Of a stretch of 64,000 nucleotides of DNA, positions 38,309 through 49,000 are shown piece by piece; the first letter of the stretch is position 1; every line of letters begins with the position of its first letter. The position numbers were made by a program, and so were the translations under genes. This DNA is from an uncultured delta proteobacterium. GTDB lineage: Bacteria > Myxococcota_A > Polyangia > Fen-1088. Location of the stretch: assembly GCA_963767925.1 (NCBI GenBank), contig CAVYGB010000001.1:256001-320000 (forward strand), read 5' to 3'. The notes beneath the pieces were generated by a model. The model saw nothing but the letters and a program-made list of their open reading frames with translations. It was not told where the DNA came from and did no database searches.

Positions 38309-40411
38309 ATGTCGGAGCTGGATCCCCCCCGTGAGAGCCCCCTGATCGGTCGCGACGACCTGCCCCGGTTCGCGGAGATGGAGAGCGGGCAGGTGGTGCC
38401 CGCCGTCCGCGCGCTGGTCGCCGCCCAGGAGACCGCCCGCCAGGGCCTCGAGGCCGCGCACGCGGCGAGCTGGGAGGGGCTGGCCCGCCCCCGGGCCGAG
38501 CTGTCCGAGCCGCTCGGGTACGGCTGGGGCATCGTGCAGCACCTGCTGGCGGTGAAGAACAGCCCGGAGCTGCGCGAGGCCGAGGAGACCGTGCAGGCGG
38601 AGGTCGTCGCCTCCAGCCTGCGCCTGGGGCAGAGCCGGCCCTTTTACGAGGGCTTCCAGCAGATGCGGACCGGCCCGACCTGGGCGGCGCTCTCCCCCGC
38701 GCAGCAGCGGATCGTGGCCGCTAGCCTCGAAGACGCCGAGCTGGCCGGGGTATCGCTCGAGGGCGCGGCCAAGGAGCGTTTCCTGGCCATCGAGACCGAG
38801 CTGGCCCAGGTGGGCACCGACTTCTCGAACCACGTGCTCGACGCGACGAAGGCCTATGCCCTCGTGCTGCGCACACCGGAGGAGGCCGAGGGGTTGCCCC
38901 CCAGCCTGCGGGCGGCCGCGGCCCAGTCGGCGCGCGGCCAGGCCACCGAGGATCCCACCCTGGCCGGCGCCAGCGCGGACAGGGGGCCCTGGCGCATCAC
39001 GCTCGAGCCGCCGCTGTACGTCCCCTTCATGGAGCACAGCCGCCGGCGCGACCTGCGCGAGCGTCTGTACCGGGCCTTCGTCACCCGCGCCTCCACCGGC
39101 GCGCTCGACAACCAGCCCCTCATCCTGGCCACCTTGCGCCTGCGGCGGGAAAAGGCCCGCCTGCTGGGGCTGGCCAGCTACGCCGAGCTGAGCCTGCGGC
39201 GCAAGATGGCCCGCTCGGTCGCCGCGGTGGACGCCCTGCTGGGCGAGCTGCGCCGGGCCAGCCGCCGCCACGCCGAGAAGGAGCACGAGGAGCTGCGCGC
39301 CTTCGCCCGCGGCAAGACCGGCGACCCGAGCTTCGAGCTCGCTCTGTGGGACGTCGGCTTCTGGGCCGAGCGCCTGCGCGAGGAGCGCTACGCCTTCCGG
39401 GAGGAGGAGCTGCGCCCCTACTTCCCCCTGCCGGCGGTGCTCGAGGGGCTGTTCGGGGTGGCCCGACGGCTGTTCGGCGTGGTGATCACCCCGGCCGACG
39501 GCAAGGCCCAGGTCTGGCACCCCGACGTTCGCTTCTTCGAGCTGGCCGACGAGGACGGCACCCCCCGGGCGGCGTTTTACCTCGACCCCTACAGCCGCCC
39601 GGCCGACAAGCGGGGCGGCGCCTGGATGGGCACCTGCCTCGACCGCAAGCGGCGGCCCGACGGCAGCCTGCGCCGCCCGGTGGCCTACATGGTGTGCAAC
39701 CAGGCCCCGCCGGTCGACGGCGCGCCCTCGCTGATGACCTTCCGCGAGGTCGAGACCCTGTTTCACGAGTTCGGGCACGCCCTGCAGCACATGTTGACCG
39801 AGGTCGACGAGCCGGAGGCGGCCGGCATCAACAACGTCGAGTGGGACGCGGTCGAGCTGCCGAGCCAGTTCATGGAGAACTGGTGTTACCACCGCCCGAC
39901 GCTGCTCTCGTTCGCCCGCCACCACCAGACCGGGGCGCCGTTGCCGGCCGAGCTGTTCGACAAGATCGCCGCCGCCCGCACCTTCCGGGCCGGCTCGCAG
40001 TTCCTGCGGCAGCTCCACCTCGCCACCCTCGACCTCGCCCTGCACGGCGGGTTCGATCCGGACAGGGACGACCTCGACGCGCTCCGGGCCCGGGTGGCGG
40101 CCGAGAACACCGTCTTGCCGCCGCTGCCCGAGGATCGTTTCCTGTGCAGCTTCTCGCACATCTTCGCCGGGGGCTACGCGGCCGGCTACTACAGCTACAA
40201 GTGGGCCGAGGTCCTGTCGGCCGACGCCTTCGCCGCCTTCGAGGAGGCGGGCCTGGACGACCCGGCCGCCCTGGCCGCCACTGGCCGCCGCTTCCGCCAG
40301 ACGGTCCTCGCTTCGGGCGGCAGCCGCCACCCGACGGAGGTGTTCACCGAGTTCCGCGGCCGCGGGGTCCGCACCGACGCCCTCCTCCGCCACGCCGGCC
40401 TGTCCGGCTGA
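38309..40411 (+). CDS. prlC: Oligopeptidase A (peptidase M3A)
   Basis: KRGGAWM, TLFHEFGHALQH, WDAVELPSQFMENW and FSHIFAGGYAAGYYSYKWAEVLSADAF motifs. Confidence 0.93.
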   Translation: MSELDPPRESPLIGRDDLPRFAEMESGQVVPAVRALVAAQETARQGLEAAHAASWEGLARPRAELSEPLGYGWGIVQHLLAVKNSPELREAEETVQAEVVASSLRLGQSRPFYEGFQQMRTGPTWAALSPAQQRIVAASLEDAELAGVSLEGAAKERFLAIETELAQVGTDFSNHVLDATKAYALVLRTPEEAEGLPPSLRAAAAQSARGQATEDPTLAGASADRGPWRITLEPPLYVPFMEHSRRRDLRERLYRAFVTRASTGALDNQPLILATLRLRREKARLLGLASYAELSLRRKMARSVAAVDALLGELRRASRRHAEKEHEELRAFARGKTGDPSFELALWDVGFWAERLREERYAFREEELRPYFPLPAVLEGLFGVARRLFGVVITPADGKAQVWHPDVRFFELADEDGTPRAAFYLDPYSRPADKRGGAWMGTCLDRKRRPDGSLRRPVAYMVCNQAPPVDGAPSLMTFREVETLFHEFGHALQHMLTEVDEPEAAGINNVEWDAVELPSQFMENWCYHRPTLLSFARHHQTGAPLPAELFDKIAAARTFRAGSQFLRQLHLATLDLALHGGFDPDRDDLDALRARVAAENTVLPPLPEDRFLCSFSHIFAGGYAAGYYSYKWAEVLSADAFAAFEEAGLDDPAALAATGRRFRQTVLASGGSRHPTEVFTEFRGRGVRTDALLRHAGLSG

Positions 40412-40510
40412 CCGGCGCGCGGCGCGTTGGAGGGCGCGCGCACGCGGGCGACGAGGTGGGTGCCAGGGGGACCTTGACGACACCCCCTTGCCGGTCCCAT
40501 CGTTGCCTAC

Positions 40511-40795
40511 ATGCGCGACCTCGCCCGGGTCTTCTTGAGCAAGCTGCGCGCACCCGTCCTGATGGCAGGCATCGTCCCGGTCTCGTTCGGCGCCAGCAGC
40601 GACGCCGTGCCGTTCGTGTTTCTGGGAAAGGTCTGGGGCGTTGCCATGGTGTTCTGGGGAGCCTGCCTGGTCCTCGTCGCGGCCGGCGCGCTCATCCGGC
40701 ACCTGTCGACCGACTCGCCCGACGAGGTCGGGCGCCTCCACACCCGGATCCGCCGCTTCCGTTTCACCCGCCCGACTCCCGCGCCCCGACCCTGA
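40511..40795 (+). CDS. Small membrane protein
   Basis: 94-aa ORF with two hydrophobic segments. Confidence 0.45.
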   Translation: MRDLARVFLSKLRAPVLMAGIVPVSFGASSDAVPFVFLGKVWGVAMVFWGACLVLVAAGALIRHLSTDSPDEVGRLHTRIRRFRFTRPTPAPRP

Positions 40796-40876
40796 AGAAG
40801 TTCCCGGCATATCCCGCGGTGAATTCCGGGGTGACGGCGGGCCGCCGCTGAACGCGGCGGGGGTATAGTGCCGGGC

Positions 40877-41950
40877 ATGCGGTGGCCAGCGTGTGCCTGC
40901 GTGGCAGGCTTGCTCCTTGGTGGTGCTGCGGGCTGCGGGCCGCAGATGGTCGCGCCCGGCGGTCCGCCCGACGCCGCGCCCGTGGCAGGTGAACCGGACG
41001 CCAGCCCGGTCTCCTTCCCCGGCCTGATCCCGCCCGCGCCCGGTCCGACCAGCGGGGGAACCGGTCCGTCGATCGTCTGCCCCGGCACCGACACGGGCGA
41101 GCCGGCGAGCTGCGCCAGCATCGGGGTGGCGCTGGCTCCGCCCTTCGACACCCGCTACACCTGCTTCGACCTGGGACCGATCCCGGGCGTGACAACCACG
41201 AAATACGGCGGGCTCAGCCTCACCTCCGAGGCCTGCAGCTCGACGTTGCTGATCGGGGTGAACGCCAACGCGTCGACCGCCCTGCTGCACGCGGTGGACA
41301 TCACCCGCGACAGCGGCGGGCACGTGAACGGCTTTCGCGGAATGGCCCGGCCGCTGATCGATGCCCCCTACCACGACGGCGGGGTGGCCTATGGACCGGG
41401 AGGCGTCCTGTTCATCACGCGCTGGCCGGTCAACGAGATCCAGCAGACCCTCCCGGGGAGCACGGTCGCCGACAAGGTCACGGCCCTGGCGCCGCTCGGG
41501 GTCGTCCGCTCGGCCTCCAGCCTGAACTTCGTGCCGCCGAGCATGCCCGGTGGGGGGGCGCTCAAGCTTGTCACCTACAGCACCGGCGACTGGTACACGC
41601 TGCTCCTCAGCCCGGATGGGCTCGGGACCTACGACATCGTGGGCGCCAAGCGGGAGCGCGCCTTGACCGGAGGGCCCGAGGGGTTCGTCTACGTCGCCGC
41701 GGGCAGCCCGCAGATCCCGGTCCACTCGCTGCTCGTGTCGGAGTGGTCGGCCCGGCGGATCAGCATCTACGAGACGGACCAGAACGGGAACCCCCGGGTC
41801 GACACGCCCCGGGACTTCATCACCGGCCTCAACGGCGCCGAGGGCGCCTACCGCGATCCCACCACCGGCGACTTCTTCTTCTCGACCTGGGGCCACGCCA
41901 GCGGGGACCGGGTGATCGTCGTCCGCGGCTTCGCCCCGATCATCGACTGA
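40877..41950 (+). CDS. Hypothetical lipoprotein, probable beta-propeller
   Basis: AAGC lipobox, Pro-rich linker, and repeats DGGVAYGP / GPEGFVYV / GAEGAYRDP.TGDF.FSTW. Confidence 0.7.
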   Translation: MRWPACACVAGLLLGGAAGCGPQMVAPGGPPDAAPVAGEPDASPVSFPGLIPPAPGPTSGGTGPSIVCPGTDTGEPASCASIGVALAPPFDTRYTCFDLGPIPGVTTTKYGGLSLTSEACSSTLLIGVNANASTALLHAVDITRDSGGHVNGFRGMARPLIDAPYHDGGVAYGPGGVLFITRWPVNEIQQTLPGSTVADKVTALAPLGVVRSASSLNFVPPSMPGGGALKLVTYSTGDWYTLLLSPDGLGTYDIVGAKRERALTGGPEGFVYVAAGSPQIPVHSLLVSEWSARRISIYETDQNGNPRVDTPRDFITGLNGAEGAYRDPTTGDFFFSTWGHASGDRVIVVRGFAPIID

Positions 41951-41965
41951 CGCCCGGCCCGGCCG

Positions 41966-42691
41966 CTACCGGCACATGCTGGTGCTGCGGTAGACCAGCA
42001 GGGCGGCGGCGCAGAGCGGGTCGGTGGGGAGGACGGTGAGCTGCGCCTGGCAGGTGGCGCGGCCGGCGGCGGGGAGGCTGTCGCAGCAGCGCTGCAGGTC
42101 GGCGCAGGTGCCTTCCAGCCGGACGTCCGGGCGCGGGCCGTCGGGGGTGGGGGCGTCGGGCGGGGCGTCGGAGGCGGCGGCGTCCAGGCGGGCCGGGCCG
42201 ACCACGACGCTGATCGTGTCGGGGCGGATCACGTCGGGGGGGGCGGCGTCGGGAGGGGGTTCGTAGCAGGCGGGGCGGACGCAGCCGCTGCTTGTCAGGC
42301 ACTGGGCGACCGCCTGGCCGCAGGCCAGGCAGGCGAAGGACGGGATGCAGGCGGCGCGGCAGGTGAGGTCGGTGCAGCTACAGCGGGTCGTGCATTCGAC
42401 CCAGCCCTCGCAGGGGCACAGCTTCAGCGCGGCCTCGCAGCGGTCGAGCAGGCAGCGGTTGTAGGTGGTGACCTCGCTCGGCGCACAGGTGGCGCCGCCG
42501 GCGGGGCATTGCCAGCTCAGGCTCGCGCCGAAGCCGCCCGCCTCGATCGCATCGGCGGCGGGGGCGTCCGGGAGGGCGGCATCGCGGCCGCCCGCGTCGG
42601 CCGGGGCCACCGGCGCCGGGGCCTCGTCGCCCGAGCAGCCGAGCGCCGCGAGCCCAGCGGCGATGCCGAGAACCGGGACCAGCTTGCGCAT
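41966..42691 (-). CDS. Cys-rich lipoprotein
   Basis: ALGC lipobox, central Cys cluster and C-terminal C..L..CC..L module. Confidence 0.7.
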   Translation of the reverse strand: MRKLVPVLGIAAGLAALGCSGDEAPAPVAPADAGGRDAALPDAPAADAIEAGGFGASLSWQCPAGGATCAPSEVTTYNRCLLDRCEAALKLCPCEGWVECTTRCSCTDLTCRAACIPSFACLACGQAVAQCLTSSGCVRPACYEPPPDAAPPDVIRPDTISVVVGPARLDAAASDAPPDAPTPDGPRPDVRLEGTCADLQRCCDSLPAAGRATCQAQLTVLPTDPLCAAALLVYRSTSMCR

Positions 42692-42894
42692 CGATGTCGT
42701 GTCCTTTCCCGCCAGGAAGGGGGGCCGTTTGCGCCAGTCTTGGACGAGCGCGGCGGGGCTGGCAAGAGGCTTCCCCGCGGTCCGGTCAAACCTCGTGGCA
42801 GAGGACGATTTCGTCGGCCAAGGTTTCATGGACTTCTTTTCGCTCAGGCCCGATCATCTTCGTTCCGATACTCAAAAGGAGAGGCGGCGTTTAC

Positions 42895-43023
42895 ATGGGT
42901 GATAAATCTCCGAAGGCCAAGGACAAGGCCAAGAAGCAGGACAACGCAGACAAGAACCAGAAGCGCGCGGCGGCGGCGGCCAAGGCTGCTCCGCCGATCT
43001 CGGGGGCGAAAAAGGGACGCTGA
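42895..43023 (+). CDS. 42-aa Lys/Ala-rich small protein
   Basis: AGGAG RBS, then MGDKSPKAKDKAKKQDNADKNQKRAAAAAKAAPPISGAKKGR with strongly biased codons. Confidence 0.6.
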   Translation: MGDKSPKAKDKAKKQDNADKNQKRAAAAAKAAPPISGAKKGR

Positions 43024-43089
43024 CGGGCGCCGCCAGGCGCCGGGCCGGCGGCTCCACGCCGCCCGCGCCCGCGCCGGCTGCGGCCGCGC

Positions 43090-46000
43090 TCAGGCTCCCT
43101 CGCCGCCGATCCGGACCTGGTGGGTCTGGCCGTCGTCCACGAGGGGGATGCGGCCGTCCGCGCGCCGGTGGCCATCTACAACCACCGGCAGCGCCGCCCC
43201 GTCCGGGCGGGGGTGCACCGTGATCTGATAGGTGCTGCCGCCGTGGCGGTAGTCGATGCGGTAGTGGGACCAGGCGGCGGGGACGCAGGGGCGCACCTCC
43301 AGGGTGTCCCCCCGCCGGGTCAGCCCCAGGATCTCCTCGAGCCCCACCCGGTACATCCAGCTCGCCGAGCCGGTGTACCAGGTCCAGCCGCCGCGGCCGA
43401 CGTGGCCGGCGGCGTTGTACACGTCCGCCGCCACCACGTAGGGCTCCACCTTGTAGGTGGCGACCTCCTCGGGCGTGCGGGCGTGGGTCAGGGGGTTGAG
43501 CATCTGGTAAAGCTCGAAGGCCCGGTCGCGCTGGCCCAGGCGGGCGGTGGCGAGGACCGACCAGAGGGCGGCGTGGGTGTACTGGGCGCCGTTCTCCCGC
43601 ACCCCCGGCAGGTAGCCCTTGATGTACCCGGGATCGTGGGTGGTCTTGTCGAAGGGCGGGTCGAGCAGGAGCAGCAGCCGGGCGTCCTCGCGCACCAGGT
43701 GCCGCTCGAAGGCGGCCATGGCCGTGACCTGGCGGGACTTCTCGCCGGCGCCCGAGATCACGCTCCAGCTCTGGGCGATGGCGTCGATGCGGCACTCGCT
43801 GGCGGTGGCGGTGCCGAGCGGTGAGCCGTCGTCGAAGAAGGCCCGCCGGTACCACTCGCCGTCCCAGGCGCTGGCCTCGATGGCCTCGCGGTAGGCCTTC
43901 GCCCGGGCGCGCAGGTCGGCGGCGACGCCGTCCCCGCCGCGCTCGTCCTTCGGGCGGGCGTCGACCTGCTCGGCGTAGGCCCGCAGGGTGGTCACGAGGA
44001 ACCAGGCCACCCAGACGCTCTCGCCCCGCCCGGCCAGGCCCACCCGGTTCATCCCGTCGTTCCAGTCGCCGCTGCCCATGAGGGGGAGCCCGTGCTCCCC
44101 GGTGGTGCAGGCCCGGCGCAGCGCCCGCAGGCAGTGCTCGTGGACGGAGGCCTGCTCGTCGGCCACCTGGGGCAGGTCGTACACCTCGTGCTCGTGTGGC
44201 TCGAGCGCGCGCATCGTGAGGAAGGGGACCGACTCGTCGAGCAGCGTGCGATCGCCGGTGACCCGCAGGTAGTGGTCGACGACGTAGGGCAGCCAGACCA
44301 GGTCGTCGGAGAACCGGGTGCGCACGCCGCGGCCGCTCTGGGGGTGCCACCAGTGCTGCACGTCCCCCTCGACGAACTGGCGCGCCGCCGCCCGCAGGAT
44401 CTGGGTCCGGGCGATGGCCGGCTCGGCGTACAGCAGGGCCATGATGTCCTGGAGCTGGTCGCGAAAGCCGTAGGCCCCGCTGCTCTGGTACAGGGCCGAG
44501 CGGGCCCAGACCCGGCAGGACAGCGCCTGGTACAGCGTCCAGCGGTTGATCATCAGGTCGAACGACGGCTCGGGCGTGTGCACGGTGACAACCGAGAGCC
44601 GCCGTTGCCAGGCCGCCACGGTGGCCTCCACCGCCGCCTTGGCCGCCGCCACCCCGCGGTACGTGCGCGCCAGCCGGGTGGCCTCCTCGGTCCCCTCGCC
44701 GGCCCCCAGCAGCACCGCCAGCTCCCGGCTCTCGCCCGGCTGCAAGCTGATCGAGCAGCGCAGGGCCGCGCAAGGATCGAAGCCCGCCCCGGTGGTCCCG
44801 GCCAGCGCCGGCTGCTGCAGCCCGGCCGGATCGGCCAGCGAGCCGTTGCGCCCGAGGAACTCGTGGCGATCGCCGGTGTGCTCGCGGACCGCCTCGCTGA
44901 GGGTGTGGAACGCCACCTGATGGTCGAAGTCGGGCGAGAAGAAGTTGCGGGCGAACAGGGTCCCCAGGGCGCCGTCGAAGCGCGTCAGCACCTGGTGCTG
45001 GGTGTGCTCGCGCATGACCCCCAGGTTCCACTCGACGAAGGTCGTCACGGTCAGGCGGCGCGGCCGCCCCGACCGGTTGGTCAAGGTGAGCAGCGCGATC
45101 TTCACCGGGTCCTCCTCGGCCAGCCCCAGGGCCAGCCGGGAGCCGATGCCGGACCGTTCTTGCTCGAACGAGGAGAGCCCGGGCTCGTGGCGCACGGTGA
45201 AGGCCGCCTCCTTGCCGAGGGGGGCGGGCGTCGCGCTCCACAGCTCGTCGCTGTCCTCGTCGCGCAGGTAGATGACCTCGGTGGGCGGGTCGCTGACGGG
45301 ATCGTTGTGCCAGGGTGTGAGCCGGTAAAAGTAGCTGCTCTCGGCCCAGGTGAAGCCGCCGCCCCGCTCGCTGACGACGAAGCCGGCGCGGGCGTTGGCG
45401 ATGACGTTGACCCAGGGGGCGGGCGGCAGGCGGTCGCCGCGCACCGCGATCTGGTAGGCGCCGTCGGCGGTCACCCCGCCGAGCCCGTTGTCGAAGGCCA
45501 GCGCGCCGGCGGCGGCACCGACCGGATCACCCACCGGGGTGGGGTCGGCCGGGGCGGACGGCGCGGCGCTGCCCCGCATGGGGGTCGTGCGCACGAGGGG
45601 CACCCCTCGCAGCGGGGTCGGCACCACGTGCTGTCCCGATGCGGCCGCCGGCAGGCGCAGGGGGGCCTCCTCGAGCAGAGGGTCCTCCTGCCGCTCGAGG
45701 TCGGCACCCCGGGAGGCGCTGTCGAGGATGCGACCGAGGGGACGGCCGTCGCAGGGCACCACCACCCGGGCGGTGGCCCGCAACATGAGGAGGTCCTCGG
45801 GCTGGAGCAGATCCCGCTGCCGCAGGAACACCCCGCCGGGCTGGTCGGTCAGGCCAGCGTCGCCGGCGGCGAACCGGCTCTGCATGATCCGCTCGTTGAG
45901 CTCCTGCAGGTAGGCCGAGGGGTGGTCGTTGATCACCACCAGATCGGCGGTCACCCCCCGCCGGCGCCAGTAGTGGTGGGCGGCGAAGAGCTGCTGCAAG

Positions 46001-49000
46001 GTGGGCAGCCCCTCGGGCGAGTCGATGGTGGCCAGCACGATGGGCCAGTCGCCCGAGATGCCGGCGCCCCAGAGCATCGGCTGCGAGCCGCGGTTGCGCA
46101 GCAGATCCGCCTGGGGCACGCGCAGGGCCGGGTTGGCGTAGAAGAGGTGGCCGGCCAGGTCCTGGAACACGGCCGCGTCGCGCGGGCTGATGCGCAGCTC
46201 GCCGAGCTCGATCTGGGAGGCGGTCCAGGCCAGATCGAGGGCCCGCTGGGCGGCGTGCAGATCGTCGTAGCGGTCGGCCAGCTCGAAGGCCCGCTCGCGG
46301 GTGGGGGCCACCAGGGTCGTGAAGGCGACCGACGCCGACTGGCCGGGCCGCAGCCGCAGGCGCGTGCGCAGGGCGAAGATGGGATCCAGCACCGCCCCGG
46401 TGGTGTCGGACAGCGGCCCGTCCCCCTCGAGGGCCACCGGGTCGCGGGTCGTGCGCCCGCGGCCGATGAAGCGGGCCCGGTCGGTCTCGCAGCTCACCAG
46501 CCCCACCCGCTCGTCGCCGGTGGCCACCACGTGGACACACCACAGGGGCTTGTCCGTCTCGGAGCGGGGCCGGCGGGTGGCGGTCACCGCCGAGCACCAG
46601 TCGTGCCACTCGGTCTCGATGAACAGGTTGGCGAAGGCCGGGTGGGCCCGGTCGCTGTCGGGCGAGGCCAGCACGATCTCGCCGTAGCTGGTCAGCTCGA
46701 TCTCCCGGGCCTTGCCGCCGTTGTTGGTGACGGTCACCCGCCGCACCTCGGCCGCGTCGGCCGGGACCGCCACCACCTCGGTGCGCGTCTCGATCTCGCC
46801 GTCCACCCGGCGGAAGGTCACCCGATCGGTGGCCAGCACCGTGCCGAACCAGTCGCCGGGGGCGCACACCGGCTGATGCGCCGCCGACCAGACCGCCCCG
46901 CTGGCCAGGTCCTTGAGGTAACAGAACTGCCCGGTCGCGTCGCGGGTGCCGTCCGCGCGCCAGCGGGTGACGGCCTGGTTCTCGTAGCGGCTGTAACCGC
47001 CGCCCCCCTGGCTGATCATGATCGTGTAGGGCACGTGGCCCAGCAGGGCGATGCGGGGGGTGGGCGTGAAGGGCGAGTCGACCGCGCGTTCGGCCGGGCG
47101 GTCGAGATCGGGATCGGGCAGGCCCTCCTCGGGGCGGGCCCGCTGCGGCTGGTTGAGGACGACCGCCCGAGGGATGCGCTCGTGCAGCAGCAGCTCGGCC
47201 GAGCGCACCAGCGGGTCGGCGTGAAAGCGGCGCTGCCACAGGTCTTCCTCGAGCAGGTTGGCCAGCGCCACCAGGCCCATGCCGATGTGGTGGGCCATGT
47301 AGTTTTGCACGATGGCCTGGCGCTTTCCCGGCGCCGGGCGGGTGTAGTCGATGGCGTCCCGGAACCCGTAGGGGCCGAGGGCGCCCATCCGGTCGAGGGC
47401 CTGCAGGTTGGCCAGGGCCGGTCGGGGATGGACCATGGTGGCCAGCACCGCGGCGTAGGGCGCCACGACCAGGTCCCGGCCCAGCCCGCGCTTGAGGGCG
47501 AGATCCGGGACGCCGAAGGCCCGGTACTGGTAGGTGAAGTGGCGATCGCGCACGTTGTAGGCGCTCTCGCTGGTCCCCCAGGGCACGCCGCGCTCGTCGC
47601 CGTAGCTGATCTGGCGGCGGACGGCGTTGCGGTGGGTCTGTTCGAGCAGGGTGAAGGGATAAGACCGCATCACCAGCACCGGCATCAGGTACTCGAACAT
47701 GCTCCCGCTCCAGGAGACCAGGGCGGTGCCGGCGGGAGCGTGGGTCAGGCTGCGCCCCAGGCGGAACCAGTGGTCGACCGGCACGTCGCTCTTGGCGATG
47801 GCCACGAAGCTGGCCAGGCGCGCCTCGGAGGCCAGCAGGTCGTAGAACGATCCGTCGAGGGCGTGGCTGCTCTCCTGGTAGCCGATGGCGAACAGCTTGC
47901 GCTCGCGGTCGTACAGGAAGGTAAAGTCCATGTCCATCGCCAGGCGATGGGCCCGATCGGCCAGGCTATGCAGGCGCTCGACCAGGGCGGCGGCGGCGGG
48001 CGCGCCGGCCGCCAGCTCGCGCCAGGAGGGTCCCACGCTGGCCGGGCCGGGCTCGCCCCCCAGATCCCGGAGCTGGGCGCTCTGGCTGGCGATCAGCGCG
48101 AGCGACAGGTCGATCCACTCGCTGACCGGCCCGGCGGGCCGGCCCCGCAGGGCGGCGCGCGCCCGGTCCATGTGCTGCTCGACCGCGGGGAGGAAGGTGC
48201 CCGGGCTGCCCGGCCGGGCCTCGCGGGCGACGAGGGCGGCCTGGGCGAAGCGCACCTGCCCGGCGGCCACCCGGAGCGCGGCGGCGTCGGGATCGGCGGA
48301 CTGGCCCGCGACGAGCCGCTCGATCGACATGCCGAGGGCGGCGACCAGGCCGCGCCACACCCGCTCGTCGGCGGCGGGCTCGTCGACGATCTGCAGGCAG
48401 GCCTGGCGCAGGGCGATCAGGTGGCCGGCCAGGTTGCCGCTGTCGACGGTGGAGATGTAGGCCGGCTCCAGCACGCGCAGGTCGTGCAGGTCGTACCAGT
48501 TGTAGAAGTGGCCCCGGAACTTGCGCAGCCGGTCCAGGGTGGCGAAGGCCTGCTCGAGGCGGTCGACCATGACCGCGGTGCTGATGAAGCCGAGCTTCTG
48601 GGCGCTGGCGGTGGCCAGGAGCGCCAGGCCCACGTTGGTGGGCGAGGTGCGCATCGCCAGCACGGGGGCCGGGTCGTCCTGGTAGTTGTCGGGGGGCAGC
48701 CAGCTGGTCTCGGCCCCCACGAAGCGGTCGAAGAAGCGCCAGTGCAACAGCGCGTACCGGGTGGCCTGGGCCCGGCTGGCCAGGCCCAGCCGCCGGCGCG
48801 GCGGCAACATCGGCGATCCGAGGTCGTGGGCCAGGGCCGGCGACAGGCCCCAGAGCAGGGCGAAAGGCAGGGCCACCGGGAGGATCTCACCCAGCCGGTG
48901 GGCCGACGTCCCCTCGAGCAGCACGCCCCCCGCCACCGCCGCCGCCATGGCCAGCACCAGCAGCAGGCCCGGGCGCATGAGGCCCCAGACCTCCGCCGCC

